From Candidatus Latescibacterota bacterium (lineage in GTDB: Bacteria; Latescibacterota; UBA2968; UBA8231), in NCBI GenBank assembly GCA_965243025.1, contig CBDETY010000003.1:5472001-5536000 (forward strand): 64,000 bases of DNA, given 5' to 3'. Below are positions 9,835 through 19,789 of the stretch, one piece after another. The notes beneath the pieces were generated by a model. That model searched no databases, had not been told where the DNA came from, and worked only from the letters and a program-made list of their open reading frames with translations. Made by a program: the position numbers and the translations under genes. Numbering within the stretch: position 1 is the first letter of the stretch; each line of letters opens with the position of its first letter.

Positions 9835-11442
9835 ATGAGCTATCAGGCGAAAGACCCGGAGCAGTACCGCATCATCTTCCACCAGGATGCCGTCGGTCCC
9901 CTGCGTTGCGCCGACGGGGCGGAGATTACGCCCGAACTGTTGCGCGAGTTTTCGGTCGCGCAGTTCGAACATCTTCCCGTCGACGTGTACGCCTGTTGCG
10001 CCAATCACGCCAGCGGCGTCGACTACCGCAGCAAGGTGGCCCCCTGGAAGCTGAGCACACCCGGCCATTTCCGGGGTCAGGTCGACGTGCGCGTCATGGA
10101 CCGGCTGAAGGCTCTCTCCGCCGCCGGCACCGATCCGCAGGAGATCTACTGCGAGGCCGCCCACGAAGCCGGGATCGACTACATGGCCCGGCTGCGCATG
10201 AACGACCTGCACGATGCGGTGGGCATGGCGCTGGGCGTGGACAAACCCAACCACCGCCCCACCGACAGCACGGGGCACGTGGTATTCTACACCAACCAGT
10301 GGAAGCTCGATCACCCGGAATACCTCATCGGCGATCCGGGCGACGACACCCCGGTCAACAGTTTCAACTTCTATCAGCGCTGCGCCATGAACTACGCCCT
10401 GGGGCCGGTCCGCGAGCACATCTTCGACATGGCCGCGGAGCTGGCGACAGGGTACGACCTGGACATTCTCGAGCTGGACTTCATCCGCTTCACCTTCTGC
10501 TTTCACCAGTCGGAAGCCTGGGCCCAGCGCCACGTCCTGACCGGACTGATTCGCCGGATCCGCGAGCTCTGCGACAGCCAGGGGCAGTCCCGGGGCCGCC
10601 CGCTGCGGCTTTCGGCCCGGGTGCCCGATACGCTGGAGCTGGGATTGCGCGCCGGAATCGACACGGAGACCTGGCTGGCCGAGGGACTGCTGGACATGAT
10701 CTCCATCGGCGGCGGGTACTCCGAGTTCGGCACGCCGTGGGAAGAGATCACCGACCTGGCGCGGGCATCCGGAGTACCGGCCTTCGCCTGCCTCAACAGG
10801 GTCGGCGCCGCCAGCAGGCGGAACATCCCGAGAATCAGGGCGGCGGCCCATCGCGCCCACGCAGCAGGGGTGACGGGTCTGAAGCTGTGGAACTTCTTCT
10901 ACCACCTGCCGTACTACAACCCGCCCGATGCGGCGGATGCGAACGTCGATTTCTTCGCGGACCTCGCCGACCCGGCGACCCTTCCGCAGAAGGAGTTGAC
11001 CTACTCGGCGGATCCCTGCTTGGACCCCGACTCGCTGGTGGGACCAGCCCATTTTCACAACGCCTGGAGCGGTCAGCTGCCGATGACGATCGGCCTCTCG
11101 AGGGACGGAATCGGCCAGACCGTCACTTTCGACATCCCGGACGAGGGCGCGGGACGCCGGCCCGACGACCGGGCGAAGTTGACGCTGCTGGTCTCGAACT
11201 TCTGGGTCCACGACGACCGGCTCGAGCTGCGCTGGAACGGGCAACCCATCGACGGCGTCGAGTACGAACTCAGGCGCACCTCCGAAGCGGAGATGTACCG
11301 GCTGACCTGCACCGTCGACTGCGGGTCCATAAGGGCCGGCGAAAACGCGTTGGAAATCCGTCTGGTGGAACGCGATTCCCGCCTCGACCCGTTCATCGCT
11401 CTTCGCGAGGCTGACCTGACGATACCAGAAGCCGGGGCATAG
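9835..11442 (+). CDS. Putative glycoside hydrolase, GHL10-like
   Basis: RIIFHQD, RLRMNDLH, HPEYLIG, YDLDILELDFIR, LSARVP. Confidence 0.72.
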   Translation: MSYQAKDPEQYRIIFHQDAVGPLRCADGAEITPELLREFSVAQFEHLPVDVYACCANHASGVDYRSKVAPWKLSTPGHFRGQVDVRVMDRLKALSAAGTDPQEIYCEAAHEAGIDYMARLRMNDLHDAVGMALGVDKPNHRPTDSTGHVVFYTNQWKLDHPEYLIGDPGDDTPVNSFNFYQRCAMNYALGPVREHIFDMAAELATGYDLDILELDFIRFTFCFHQSEAWAQRHVLTGLIRRIRELCDSQGQSRGRPLRLSARVPDTLELGLRAGIDTETWLAEGLLDMISIGGGYSEFGTPWEEITDLARASGVPAFACLNRVGAASRRNIPRIRAAAHRAHAAGVTGLKLWNFFYHLPYYNPPDAADANVDFFADLADPATLPQKELTYSADPCLDPDSLVGPAHFHNAWSGQLPMTIGLSRDGIGQTVTFDIPDEGAGRRPDDRAKLTLLVSNFWVHDDRLELRWNGQPIDGVEYELRRTSEAEMYRLTCTVDCGSIRAGENALEIRLVERDSRLDPFIALREADLTIPEAGA

Positions 11443-11640
11443 GCTCAGCCGACCCTGGTCCGCACCGGGGCTGAGGCCGCGGCCGCCACCCCGAGTAGAG
11501 CCTGAGCGGTAAAGCGAGCGTACGAACCAGGGCGTCGATTCCCCCGTCTCGCAAGGCGCCTGAGTGAGTCGTACCGGGGGTGCAGCGGCGATTCGACTCG
11601 CGCGGATTGCGCGCGCAGGCACCCGCAGCGTCAAGTCGCC

Positions 11641-13188
11641 TCAGCGCTGTGCGTCGGCGTGGGAGACGGTGATCTCCACGTTCCTGAGTCGGGGGATGCT
11701 GCCGTCAGAAGGGTCGCCGGAGCGGTGGCGGATCTCCAGTTCGTTGCGGCCGCTTTTCAGAGGCGGCGCCTCGAGGTCGTGCTGCAGTCCGACGTCCGCA
11801 TGCATCGTCGGCCACTTCGGTCCGCCCCCTGTCGTGAAGGTTCGTCCGCTCGACCAGGAAAGCACCGTGCCGTTCAGAACGACGTCGATCTCGTCGTTCG
11901 GGCCGTTCCCCTCGATCGTCAGCGAGAAAACGCACTTTCCCAGAGTCCCGGCCGCAGCTGCGGTCTCGACCTTGTCCGGGACGTCGATGAAGACGGCGGG
12001 CCAGGACTGTCCCGGGGTCTGACGGAGGGCAACCGGAAGTTGCGCCGGCGGCACGGCGTTGCGGAAGGCCCCGCCGTGCCCCGGGTACGCAATGCGGTCG
12101 GCGTGGTCGGCTTCGTACCGTTTCGTCGCGGTCGCCAGCCCCTCCCTGTCGGCAAGCTGCGGCAGCATCCGCCTGATCCACTGCGGCGGCATGGTGTAGT
12201 AGTTGTAGAGGTATATCCCGTCGACGCCGGCCTGCCAGTGCCTGTAGGCCGCTCCCTTCAGCGGTTCGTCCTCGAAGAGCGGCCGCAGCGCCTCCAGGCA
12301 GCCGTAGACCTGGCACCCGGTTCCTTGAGCAGCGACGACGAACTCGCGAATCGGAATCTCGAAGGGTATCCATCCGACTCCTGCCACGACCGTATCGACG
12401 AGCCCCTCCGACATCCAGCAGCGCACGTCGAGCCCGAGGTTCTCGCTTCTGCTCAGCGTCGGGGGAACGCGTACGGCGAGCTGCAGGCGACGCCCTCGCT
12501 CGGCGCCGATTTCGTCCAGCCGCCCCCGCACGCGGCGGACGAGGTCGGTCATGAGATGCCGGTTCTCGCAGGCCTCCTCCCGCCGGAACACCCCGGGGTG
12601 GCGGTTGAAGTCCATCTCCACGCCGTCCACGTCGAAGCGCTCGAAGGTCTCGGCAATTATCGAGTACATGTACTCCCGGACTTCCGGGTGGGCGAAGTCC
12701 TTGCCGGTCCTGATGTCCCATTCGATCGTGCCTTCCGGAATCTCCTCGCCGGGCCGCCCGATCAGGAGATGGGGGTTGTCCTGCCGGTAGCGCCCGTACT
12801 CGGGCGCATAGTGGTCGATGTCCGGCGGCCCGAGGTAGGCGTAATGGCTGTTCATGCGGACCCGCGGCAGAAACTCGATACCCGCTTCCCTGCAAAGACT
12901 CGAGAGCACCGTCAGCGGGCCCCCGTGATTCGCGGTCAGGTAGCGGAGGTTTTCCGCCTTCCGGCGGGAGCCCTCCAGGAGCTCGGACGGGTCGTAGCCG
13001 TCACCCATGCGCTCGCCGATTGCGGTCTCGTGGTGATAGACCTCGTGGTCGCCGACAGACCACCAGAGCGCGGCGGACATGCCCTTCAGCGGCTCGATCA
13101 TCCTTTCCCGGATGATCTCCGGGGTGACCGGCGGCTCGACGCCCATGATCCACGCATCGTCGGTGAAGATGATCGGACGGTCGGTCAT
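11641..13188 (-). CDS. Putative glycoside hydrolase, GHL10-like
   Basis: IIFTDD, RVRMNSH, DFAHPEVRE, FDVDGVEMDFNR, LAVRVP, GVDGIYLYNY. Confidence 0.72.
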   Translation of the reverse strand: MTDRPIIFTDDAWIMGVEPPVTPEIIRERMIEPLKGMSAALWWSVGDHEVYHHETAIGERMGDGYDPSELLEGSRRKAENLRYLTANHGGPLTVLSSLCREAGIEFLPRVRMNSHYAYLGPPDIDHYAPEYGRYRQDNPHLLIGRPGEEIPEGTIEWDIRTGKDFAHPEVREYMYSIIAETFERFDVDGVEMDFNRHPGVFRREEACENRHLMTDLVRRVRGRLDEIGAERGRRLQLAVRVPPTLSRSENLGLDVRCWMSEGLVDTVVAGVGWIPFEIPIREFVVAAQGTGCQVYGCLEALRPLFEDEPLKGAAYRHWQAGVDGIYLYNYYTMPPQWIRRMLPQLADREGLATATKRYEADHADRIAYPGHGGAFRNAVPPAQLPVALRQTPGQSWPAVFIDVPDKVETAAAAGTLGKCVFSLTIEGNGPNDEIDVVLNGTVLSWSSGRTFTTGGGPKWPTMHADVGLQHDLEAPPLKSGRNELEIRHRSGDPSDGSIPRLRNVEITVSHADAQR

Positions 13189-13472
13189 TCCCGGCTCCCC
13201 GGGTCGGCTCGGTGCTGTTCCGGAGAGATTCCTGCAGAACAGCGGATGTCTGCGAAAACAGGCTCCACATCTGCGGCCATTTCAAACCTCCCTCAAGGAC
13301 TCTGGTTCACTGTTTGTTCTTTTACCTATTGTCTGGGCATGCAGTCAAGGAGCGACTCCGGTCCGCTTGATGGTTCAGGGTTTTGACTCGCCATCCACCT
13401 GCTCGTCTTCGTCGGCAAGTATCTCCGGGGTCGAACCCTGGCGTTGATTGTCCGTGAACTGATGCTCGCTCG

Positions 13473-14972
13473 ATGGCCCGGCTCGCCAACGTAAATACCA
13501 CCGACATCGCCTCCGCGGTCACCCTGGCCTGTCGCCGCATGCACCGGGCGGAGGTGACCGACCTCCACAACGGCGGCCGCTACCTCAACGCCCTGCTTCA
13601 CGCCGAGGATCTGCTCGGCGTGGAGGTCGACGAGGAATACGTCGACCGGCTCGCGGTGGTGATGTTCGATGCCTACAGCGCTTCCCTGCCGCTGCCGGCC
13701 AGCCGTCCGCGCGGCGATACCTCGCCGACGCCGTCGCTGTTCGATCCTCACAACACGCGGGAGGGGTTGCACGGACTGTACGCCCTGGTCCGCTACCGCG
13801 GCAGCGCCCGCGCCCTGGAGCTGGCCGAGGCCTCGATCGCCGCGGTGTTCGAGTACTGGGACGCGGACTCGGGATGGGACGGCGAACGAATGCTGCGCGA
13901 ACACGGGATGGAGCTGGGATTTGCCGACACCTGCATCCGCGGCGCCGCCCGCGCCATCGGGCCGCTGGTAAAACTGTATCGGGCTTCGGGCAGCGCCCCC
14001 GCTCTCGATCTGGCGATCGCCCTGAAGGAGAAGGCGGTTGCACAGTTCTACACGGAAGATGGGGAATTCGACGGCGCCCTGTTCGGCCATCACGTCCATT
14101 CGACGACGTCGACGCTGTCGGGGTTGGCCCTGCTCGCGGACCTGACCGGCGACTCCACCCTGATGAGCCGGGTGAAAGCTTTCTACGACCATGGCCTGTG
14201 GGCGCTCCGGGACGAAGTCGGATGGGCGATCGAGACCGTGATGCCGGAAGACAACCCGGACAGCGGCGAAACCAACAGCTCGGGCGACATCCTCGAAACC
14301 GCCCTGATCCTGGCGAAACGTGGTCACTCCGAATACTACCACGACGCCGAACGGATCCTGCGCTGCCACCTGTTGCCGTCGCAGCTCAGGGACGCGCGCT
14401 TTCTCGTCGAACGCGCCGCGCCGGACAAGGTCGAGGAGACCCGCCGGTGGGCGGACTCGCTGCTCGGCGCTTACGGCTTCCCGGCGCCGTACGGACACGA
14501 TCCGGTGGGCAACAGACTGGGCATCCGCTTCAACCTCGACGTGGTGGGGGGCACCGCCGATTCCCTCTGTTTCGCCTGTTCCCACCTGTCGACACCGGGT
14601 GATTCCGGATGCCGGGTCAACCTGCTGTTCGATTGCGAAACCGACTTCGTGCGCGTCGAATCCGCTTATTCCGGAAAGGGGCTGAAGGTCACCCCAAAGC
14701 GGCCGGGCCCGCTTTCCGTCCGCCTGCCGCCTTGGGCCAACGCCGGGGAGATCGGGTTCGACGGACCGGATGACGTGGAATGGAACGATGGATACCTGGT
14801 CTTCGCGAAGCCGGCCGTCGACCGCCCCATCCCGATCGGCTACACCCTGGTCCGCAGCGAGATCGCCATGCGCCACCGCACGCGTACGATCCGCGTCCGT
14901 CTGCGCGGCGATGCGGTGGAGGCCATGGACAACTTTGGCCAGGACCTCACTTACTTCGAGCCGATCGCATGA
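13473..14972 (+). CDS. Six-hairpin glycosidase-like protein, distant GH127/GH146 (beta-L-arabinofuranosidase) fold
   Basis: Helical N-terminal part, GETN...YYHDAERILRCHL, VNLLFD, LSVRLPPWA resemble the GH127 layout. Confidence 0.5.
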   Translation: MARLANVNTTDIASAVTLACRRMHRAEVTDLHNGGRYLNALLHAEDLLGVEVDEEYVDRLAVVMFDAYSASLPLPASRPRGDTSPTPSLFDPHNTREGLHGLYALVRYRGSARALELAEASIAAVFEYWDADSGWDGERMLREHGMELGFADTCIRGAARAIGPLVKLYRASGSAPALDLAIALKEKAVAQFYTEDGEFDGALFGHHVHSTTSTLSGLALLADLTGDSTLMSRVKAFYDHGLWALRDEVGWAIETVMPEDNPDSGETNSSGDILETALILAKRGHSEYYHDAERILRCHLLPSQLRDARFLVERAAPDKVEETRRWADSLLGAYGFPAPYGHDPVGNRLGIRFNLDVVGGTADSLCFACSHLSTPGDSGCRVNLLFDCETDFVRVESAYSGKGLKVTPKRPGPLSVRLPPWANAGEIGFDGPDDVEWNDGYLVFAKPAVDRPIPIGYTLVRSEIAMRHRTRTIRVRLRGDAVEAMDNFGQDLTYFEPIA

Positions 14973-15020
14973 CGATGCGGTCGCCCCTCCGTCGAACCCG
15001 GCATCGGCTTTGCGATCCTC

Positions 15021-15239
15021 GTGGGCGAAAGCGATGACGAATACAGCTGGGGCACCCTGACGCCTGAAGCAGTCCAGACTGAAGACCCGGAACTGGACAT
15101 ACTGTCCCATTACCGGGCGGATGTCTACCTGGACGGGCTGCTGCTGCCGGCCACCGCGGCCGAACCGATAGAAGATACTGCGGTCGAGTCGGTTTCCTGG
15201 GGGCGGATCAAGGCCGCCCTGGAGATGGAGCAGCCGTAA
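15021..15239 (+). pseudogene. C-terminal remnant of a secreted protein with the TAVESVSWGRIK tail
   Basis: Only the last ~70 aa are present, ending DTAVESVSWGRIKAALEMEQP; no signal peptide or strong start. Confidence 0.6.
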
Positions 15240-15244
15240 CCGCC

Positions 15245-15378
15245 ATTCTCCATTCGTCCAGAACTCCGGGTATCGTCAACCAACCCTTGACGTCGAGAGG
15301 TTTTTCTGCTCCGGGGTCAGCAGGATCACCGGATCCCCGTCGGCATTGGTGTGCGGCGCAGGTCGCCTGGATCGTCAT
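15245..15378 (-). pseudogene. 5' remnant of a PhyH-family dioxygenase
   Basis: Frame-joined HTNADGDPVILLTPEQKNL(F)DVKGWLTIPGVLDE matches the PhyH N-terminus (compare TTEERFQFDLQGYLVVRGVL at 60561); truncated after ~45 codons. Confidence 0.6.
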
Positions 15379-15401
15379 CCGTCGGCGGTCCGGTTCAGGT
15401 C

Positions 15402-16139
15402 TCAACCTTGCGGGCTCAGGTACTTGAACCCGTACACGCGACTGAAGCCCAGCCGCTCGTACAGTCTTCTGGCGCCCGGGTTCGACTCGGCGACCGGAAT
15501 GAAAGGGGTGCGAGCCCCTGCGCGCCTGCCCAGAGCAAGCAGCCCCTGGATCAGCCGCGTCCCGAGGCCCCGGCTCCGGAGTTCCGGCGTCGTCCACAGT
15601 TCCGCAAGCTGATAGAGATCTCCCTGCTGGACCGCCCGGCCGTAGCTGGACGGCGCGCCTTGGTGTTCGACATAGCCGTACCAGGCCGGCAGCGCAATGC
15701 GTGAAAGGGGTCCGCGCTTCATCGCGATCGCCTCGTCATCCTGGTCGGGATCGACATCGTGGATCGCCGCCAGCCACCCTTCGAGGTCGACCTCCGTAAT
15801 CCTTGTCTCGACGTCCGAAAACGTGTCCATCGCCAGGAGATGGTTCGGGTTGTCGACGGCGTAGCCGCGGTGCAACAGCGCGTCTTCGATCGCGGCGCAC
15901 GACTCCCCGTCGGTGAGCCTGAAATGGCACACGAGCCCTCGATCGGCATACTGCTTCTCACAGAACGCAACCTTGGCTTCTACGGGATCGGTGCCGGGAT
16001 AAAGCGGCCAGACGGCGTTGGGATTCCTGCTCTTGCCGGGGTTGAAGCGGAGCAGCCACCCGTCGTAAAGCATACTGTCTTCCGGGGGAAGCATGTTGGC
16101 CATGGCCTCCTCCAGCTTCAGGGGGTTTGGCTCTGACAT
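15402..16139 (-). CDS. GNAT family N-acetyltransferase
   Basis: DGWLLRF N-domain; acetyl-CoA motif A (RSRGLGTRL) and motif B (NPGARRLYERLGF). Confidence 0.9.
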   Translation of the reverse strand: MSEPNPLKLEEAMANMLPPEDSMLYDGWLLRFNPGKSRNPNAVWPLYPGTDPVEAKVAFCEKQYADRGLVCHFRLTDGESCAAIEDALLHRGYAVDNPNHLLAMDTFSDVETRITEVDLEGWLAAIHDVDPDQDDEAIAMKRGPLSRIALPAWYGYVEHQGAPSSYGRAVQQGDLYQLAELWTTPELRSRGLGTRLIQGLLALGRRAGARTPFIPVAESNPGARRLYERLGFSRVYGFKYLSPQG

Positions 16140-16344
16140 TCTCGCACTCGCGGGAGTCGGGCTGAAGGTCGGAGCGGCGTTTCACCATGACGGAATTCGT
16201 CGCGACGATGAAGTCGGAGTCCAATTCCCAACACGCTGCTCAACCCTTCCGGTACTGCGGCGCCGTTGCCCGCCGCGCCGGCAACCTCCCCGTAAATGTC
16301 CCGGCGGCGGCCCGGGCTGATCCGGTCCGGGCATCGGGCCGGCA

Positions 16345-17091
16345 TCAGGGGTTGTCCGAGGTGGCGTTGGCGGCGTTTGCGTGGGAATTCCAGCCGCGCA
16401 GCACGAGGTTTTCGAAGGGCTGGTTGTGGTTCTCGCGGCGGTCCCGGCCCGAGAACATCCTGACGTGGACGATCTTCCTGGGCTCGTCAACCTCGTTGGA
16501 CTTCGAGCCGTGGACGAGGCGGTAGTGGAAGAAGAGGACGTCGCCGGCCTCTCCTTCGATCACCAGCCCGTCTTCGAGGGGGAATCTCCGGTTGAAGTCT
16601 TCGTCCGAGGTGCGGGCGTTCTCGATCCGCGTGCGATGACTGCCCGGGTAGATGCGCAGGGCGCCCATAGAGGCGGTGACCCTGGCGACGTGGATCATCC
16701 CGGCGACCATGGTGTCCTTCTCCATCGGCCCGTAGATCCAGTCCTGGTGCATTCGGAAGGGGCCGACGACGTCGGCCTTTCTCTTTTCGTACAGGCTCGT
16801 GCGCTGCAGGACGATATCAGGCCCGATGAACTGTTCGGCGAGATCGAGGAACGGCTTGTGCAGCAATCCGTGGGTAAGCCAGAAGGCCGAGTATTTCTGG
16901 ACGTTGTATGTCGAGACGATGCCGTTGTCCTCTGCCGCATTGGGTCCCGCGCCGGGCCCGCCGCTCCCGGCGACCTGATGGACAATGCGGTCGAACTCCT
17001 CCCGGAGCGGGCCGATTTCCCGTTGTGAATAGACGCCGCGCGCCAGGTAGTATCCGTTTTCCTCGAAGAAGCCGCGGGCATCGGTTTCCAT
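16345..17091 (-). CDS. PhyH family Fe(II)/2OG dioxygenase
   Basis: FFEENGY, MHQDWIY, GALRIYPGSH, LVHGSKSN. Confidence 0.92.
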   Translation of the reverse strand: METDARGFFEENGYYLARGVYSQREIGPLREEFDRIVHQVAGSGGPGAGPNAAEDNGIVSTYNVQKYSAFWLTHGLLHKPFLDLAEQFIGPDIVLQRTSLYEKRKADVVGPFRMHQDWIYGPMEKDTMVAGMIHVARVTASMGALRIYPGSHRTRIENARTSDEDFNRRFPLEDGLVIEGEAGDVLFFHYRLVHGSKSNEVDEPRKIVHVRMFSGRDRRENHNQPFENLVLRGWNSHANAANATSDNP

Positions 17092-17109
17092 TTCAAGGTG
17101 CTCCCGTTG

Positions 17110-18603
17110 TCATCGGTTTGAAGGAACCCGGTCGTAGCGAATGCTCAGCATGAGGTCGTGAATCGTAACAGATGCGGCCATCCCCGCTGCCAGGGTCATC
17201 GCAACCTTGTTCATCCCCCGGCGTATCAGCTGGCAGGGAACCTCGATTTGCAGTCCCTCGCGCAAAATGCCGCCGCTCAGGGGCGTGCCATTGAGAGCCA
17301 CATGGACGTCCCCAACGTCCGAGAGGTTCTCCACAAGGAGTTGCAGTCGGGCATGCGGGCGACTGCCGGGAGCGGTTCCACCCTGGAAGTTTTCTCCGGC
17401 GGCAAAGGGGATTTCAAGTGTCTGCCCGGTTCCGAGCACTTCCGGCCGGTCCGGGGAGAGCGTCGGCAGACGCAGAAAGCGCTCCCCGTCCTTCAGCGAC
17501 AGGCGCGGCCGGGAGACGCCCCAGAATCCCAATACGTTGGCGTAGAAGTCCTTGTCGAGACCTTCCAGGGTTTCCCGGTCCCCGACTTCCCTCCAGAGCG
17601 AAAGATGGGGATCGAAAAAGTTGAACATATAGACGCCGTCTACGCCGGAATTCCAGGCAACGACCGCACGGCCCCGGTAGGACTCGATGCTGTTGCGGTC
17701 CTTCGCCTCGTGCCTTCCCTCGCCGTTACTCTGTATCGCCCCCAGCCCGTTGGTCCACGAGTTGTTCAGGCAGGCGTGGACGGGCACGTCGTACTCGTGG
17801 CCGAGTTCTGCCATGTGCTCCCAGGGCGCCAGGGGAAAATCGCCCCCGGCCACCAGCAGGTCGACAAGATCCTCGGACAACCACCTCTCCAGGTCCACAC
17901 CGATCGCCCGGCAATACCCGAGGGACTCGGGCACGCGGACCGCCAGGAGCATGGGTCGGGCACGGTCCGTGCCTGTCATGTCGGCCATCGCGCGAATCCG
18001 CCGGAGCAGTCCGGTCATCGCATCCAGCTGCGCCTGCTCCAGGGGTTGGCCCCAGGCATGCCGCCTGAAGAACACCGGGTGCCGGAAGAAGTCCAGCTCG
18101 ATGCCGTCCAGGTCATAGCGCTGGCAGATCTCCCGGACTTCACCGAAGGCTCGTTCCGGCGCCACCGGCTGACTGTAATCGACTCCGAACCAGGCGCCGT
18201 ACGGAGGCTCGTTCTCCCGGGTGCCGAACAGGCATTCGGGATGGTCCCGATGGAACCTCGACGGGTTGTGGATGTCGTTCATCCGGAACGAGCAGAAAAT
18301 CTCGATCCCGGCGCCGCGACAGAACTCCACCATCGTTTCCAGGGGATCGATTCGAAACCCGCGTCCGGCCCATCGCACTCCGTGGAACAGTTTCACTGCG
18401 TTGTAGAAGACCGCATCCACCTGCGACCCGGCAAGCGCCGACGTACGCAAATCGAGCAAGGCCTCTCGCGTCTGCGCTGCGGCCCGGTCGATATCTCCGC
18501 CGTCATTGTTGAAAATGATGCGCCGCTTCCGGTGCCTGGCCTGCTTTCGCTGTTGTCGGATATGCGCTGCCCCGGGCATTTCAGGTCTCCACAACGCGGG
18601 CAC
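17110..18603 (-). CDS. Putative glycoside hydrolase, GHL10-like (5' end possibly damaged)
   Basis: RRIIFNNDGGD, SFRMNDIH, YDLDGIELDFFRH, LAVRVP, GVDGVYMFNF; a coupled ATG at 18654 is followed by an in-frame TGA at 18606-18604. Confidence 0.7.
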   Translation of the reverse strand: MPALWRPEMPGAAHIRQQRKQARHRKRRIIFNNDGGDIDRAAAQTREALLDLRTSALAGSQVDAVFYNAVKLFHGVRWAGRGFRIDPLETMVEFCRGAGIEIFCSFRMNDIHNPSRFHRDHPECLFGTRENEPPYGAWFGVDYSQPVAPERAFGEVREICQRYDLDGIELDFFRHPVFFRRHAWGQPLEQAQLDAMTGLLRRIRAMADMTGTDRARPMLLAVRVPESLGYCRAIGVDLERWLSEDLVDLLVAGGDFPLAPWEHMAELGHEYDVPVHACLNNSWTNGLGAIQSNGEGRHEAKDRNSIESYRGRAVVAWNSGVDGVYMFNFFDPHLSLWREVGDRETLEGLDKDFYANVLGFWGVSRPRLSLKDGERFLRLPTLSPDRPEVLGTGQTLEIPFAAGENFQGGTAPGSRPHARLQLLVENLSDVGDVHVALNGTPLSGGILREGLQIEVPCQLIRRGMNKVAMTLAAGMAASVTIHDLMLSIRYDRVPSNR

Positions 18604-18650
18604 TCAGTGGCAGTCGAAGGTGAACACTGGTGCGAGCAATTGGACTATCC

Positions 18651-19553
18651 TCATGATCGACAGGCGTCCCGCTTGCGTTCGAGTCGCTCGAGGAATTCCT
18701 CCAGCCACTCCTCCTCGCCGTGATGCCGGGCGAGCCTGGTCTGCAGATCGCGCTCGTCGTGGGCGTCCGATCCCCCCGTGGAAAAGAGGCCGTGCCCGAT
18801 GCAGTACTGCCGGTAGCGCGGGGTAAGCTCGGGCGGGACGGAACCGTGGGCGCATTCCATGCCGTCGGCCTGACAGGTGTCGACATAGGCATCGATCTTC
18901 GCTTCGTCATCTCCGACGTACCGGTAGGGATGTGCCAGGGTGACAAGGGCTCCGGATTGTTTCAGGGGAGGGACGACGCTGTCCACGCCGGGAAAGGGAG
19001 GAACGCTCACTTCCTCCTCCATTCTTTCCATCAGGGGACGCAGTTCGTCCGGACTGGAAATCAGGCCGCGGCCCCTGAGGTATCCCAGCCAGACGTCGAT
19101 CTGGCAGTCGGTGACGCCCTGAACGTCGACGACGGTCGCGGGACGGTACGAGCGAAGGAGCTGCAGGTAGTCCTCCCCGGTGACCTCGAGACCCAGGGCA
19201 TTGAGCCCCTTCCATCTTGCCTCGCCGGTTTCACGCTGAAAGTCCCGGTAGGTCTCGAGGACACCTGCCAGAAGCCCGGAATCGTCCCGTTGAAGCCCGA
19301 AGCAGAGGAGATCGACGCGGCTGCGGTGAGGTGTGGATACGGTGAACTCGGCGGCTGGGATGGCTCGCACATCCGGATAGCCGCGGCCCGCTTCTTCGAT
19401 CCGGTCTGCCCCGTCCAGGACCATGTGGTCGGTAATGGCGATGCAGCGCACGCCCCTCGACCGGGCGTGCTGAAAGCAGCTTTCCAGGGAGTTGAAGGCG
19501 TCGTAGCTCCAGTGCGTGTGCAGATGAAGGTCGTATGAGAGGTTCCGGAGCAT
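18651..19553 (-). CDS. PHP-domain metal-dependent phosphoesterase
   Basis: DLHLHTHWSYD, AITDH, LAHP, TGGSDAH. Confidence 0.9.
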   Translation of the reverse strand: MLRNLSYDLHLHTHWSYDAFNSLESCFQHARSRGVRCIAITDHMVLDGADRIEEAGRGYPDVRAIPAAEFTVSTPHRSRVDLLCFGLQRDDSGLLAGVLETYRDFQRETGEARWKGLNALGLEVTGEDYLQLLRSYRPATVVDVQGVTDCQIDVWLGYLRGRGLISSPDELRPLMERMEEEVSVPPFPGVDSVVPPLKQSGALVTLAHPYRYVGDDEAKIDAYVDTCQADGMECAHGSVPPELTPRYRQYCIGHGLFSTGGSDAHDERDLQTRLARHHGEEEWLEEFLERLERKRDACRS

Positions 19554-19789
19554 CCGGCGCGCTTATTTTGTCCGACTACGGGAATTACAGGAAACTCGAA
19601 ATCCTCAGTTGTCCGGTCCGCCAGGGCTCTGCCGCGCGGGAAACACCCCTCCGCCCGCGGCTGCCCGGTTTCCCCGGGCGCGACCGTGGAAGTTCAAACC
19701 CCGGCGGCTTGTTCCCGGCCTGATGAGCAGCTAAGATAGCTCCTCCTCGCCAATCACTTCGCAACTCTACAACAGCAAGGGAAAGTTCC

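Noticed and set aside
18604-18606. Selenocysteine read-through of the in-frame TGA
   Set aside because: Lies in a leader-like segment rather than a redox motif, and no convincing SECIS hairpin was seen
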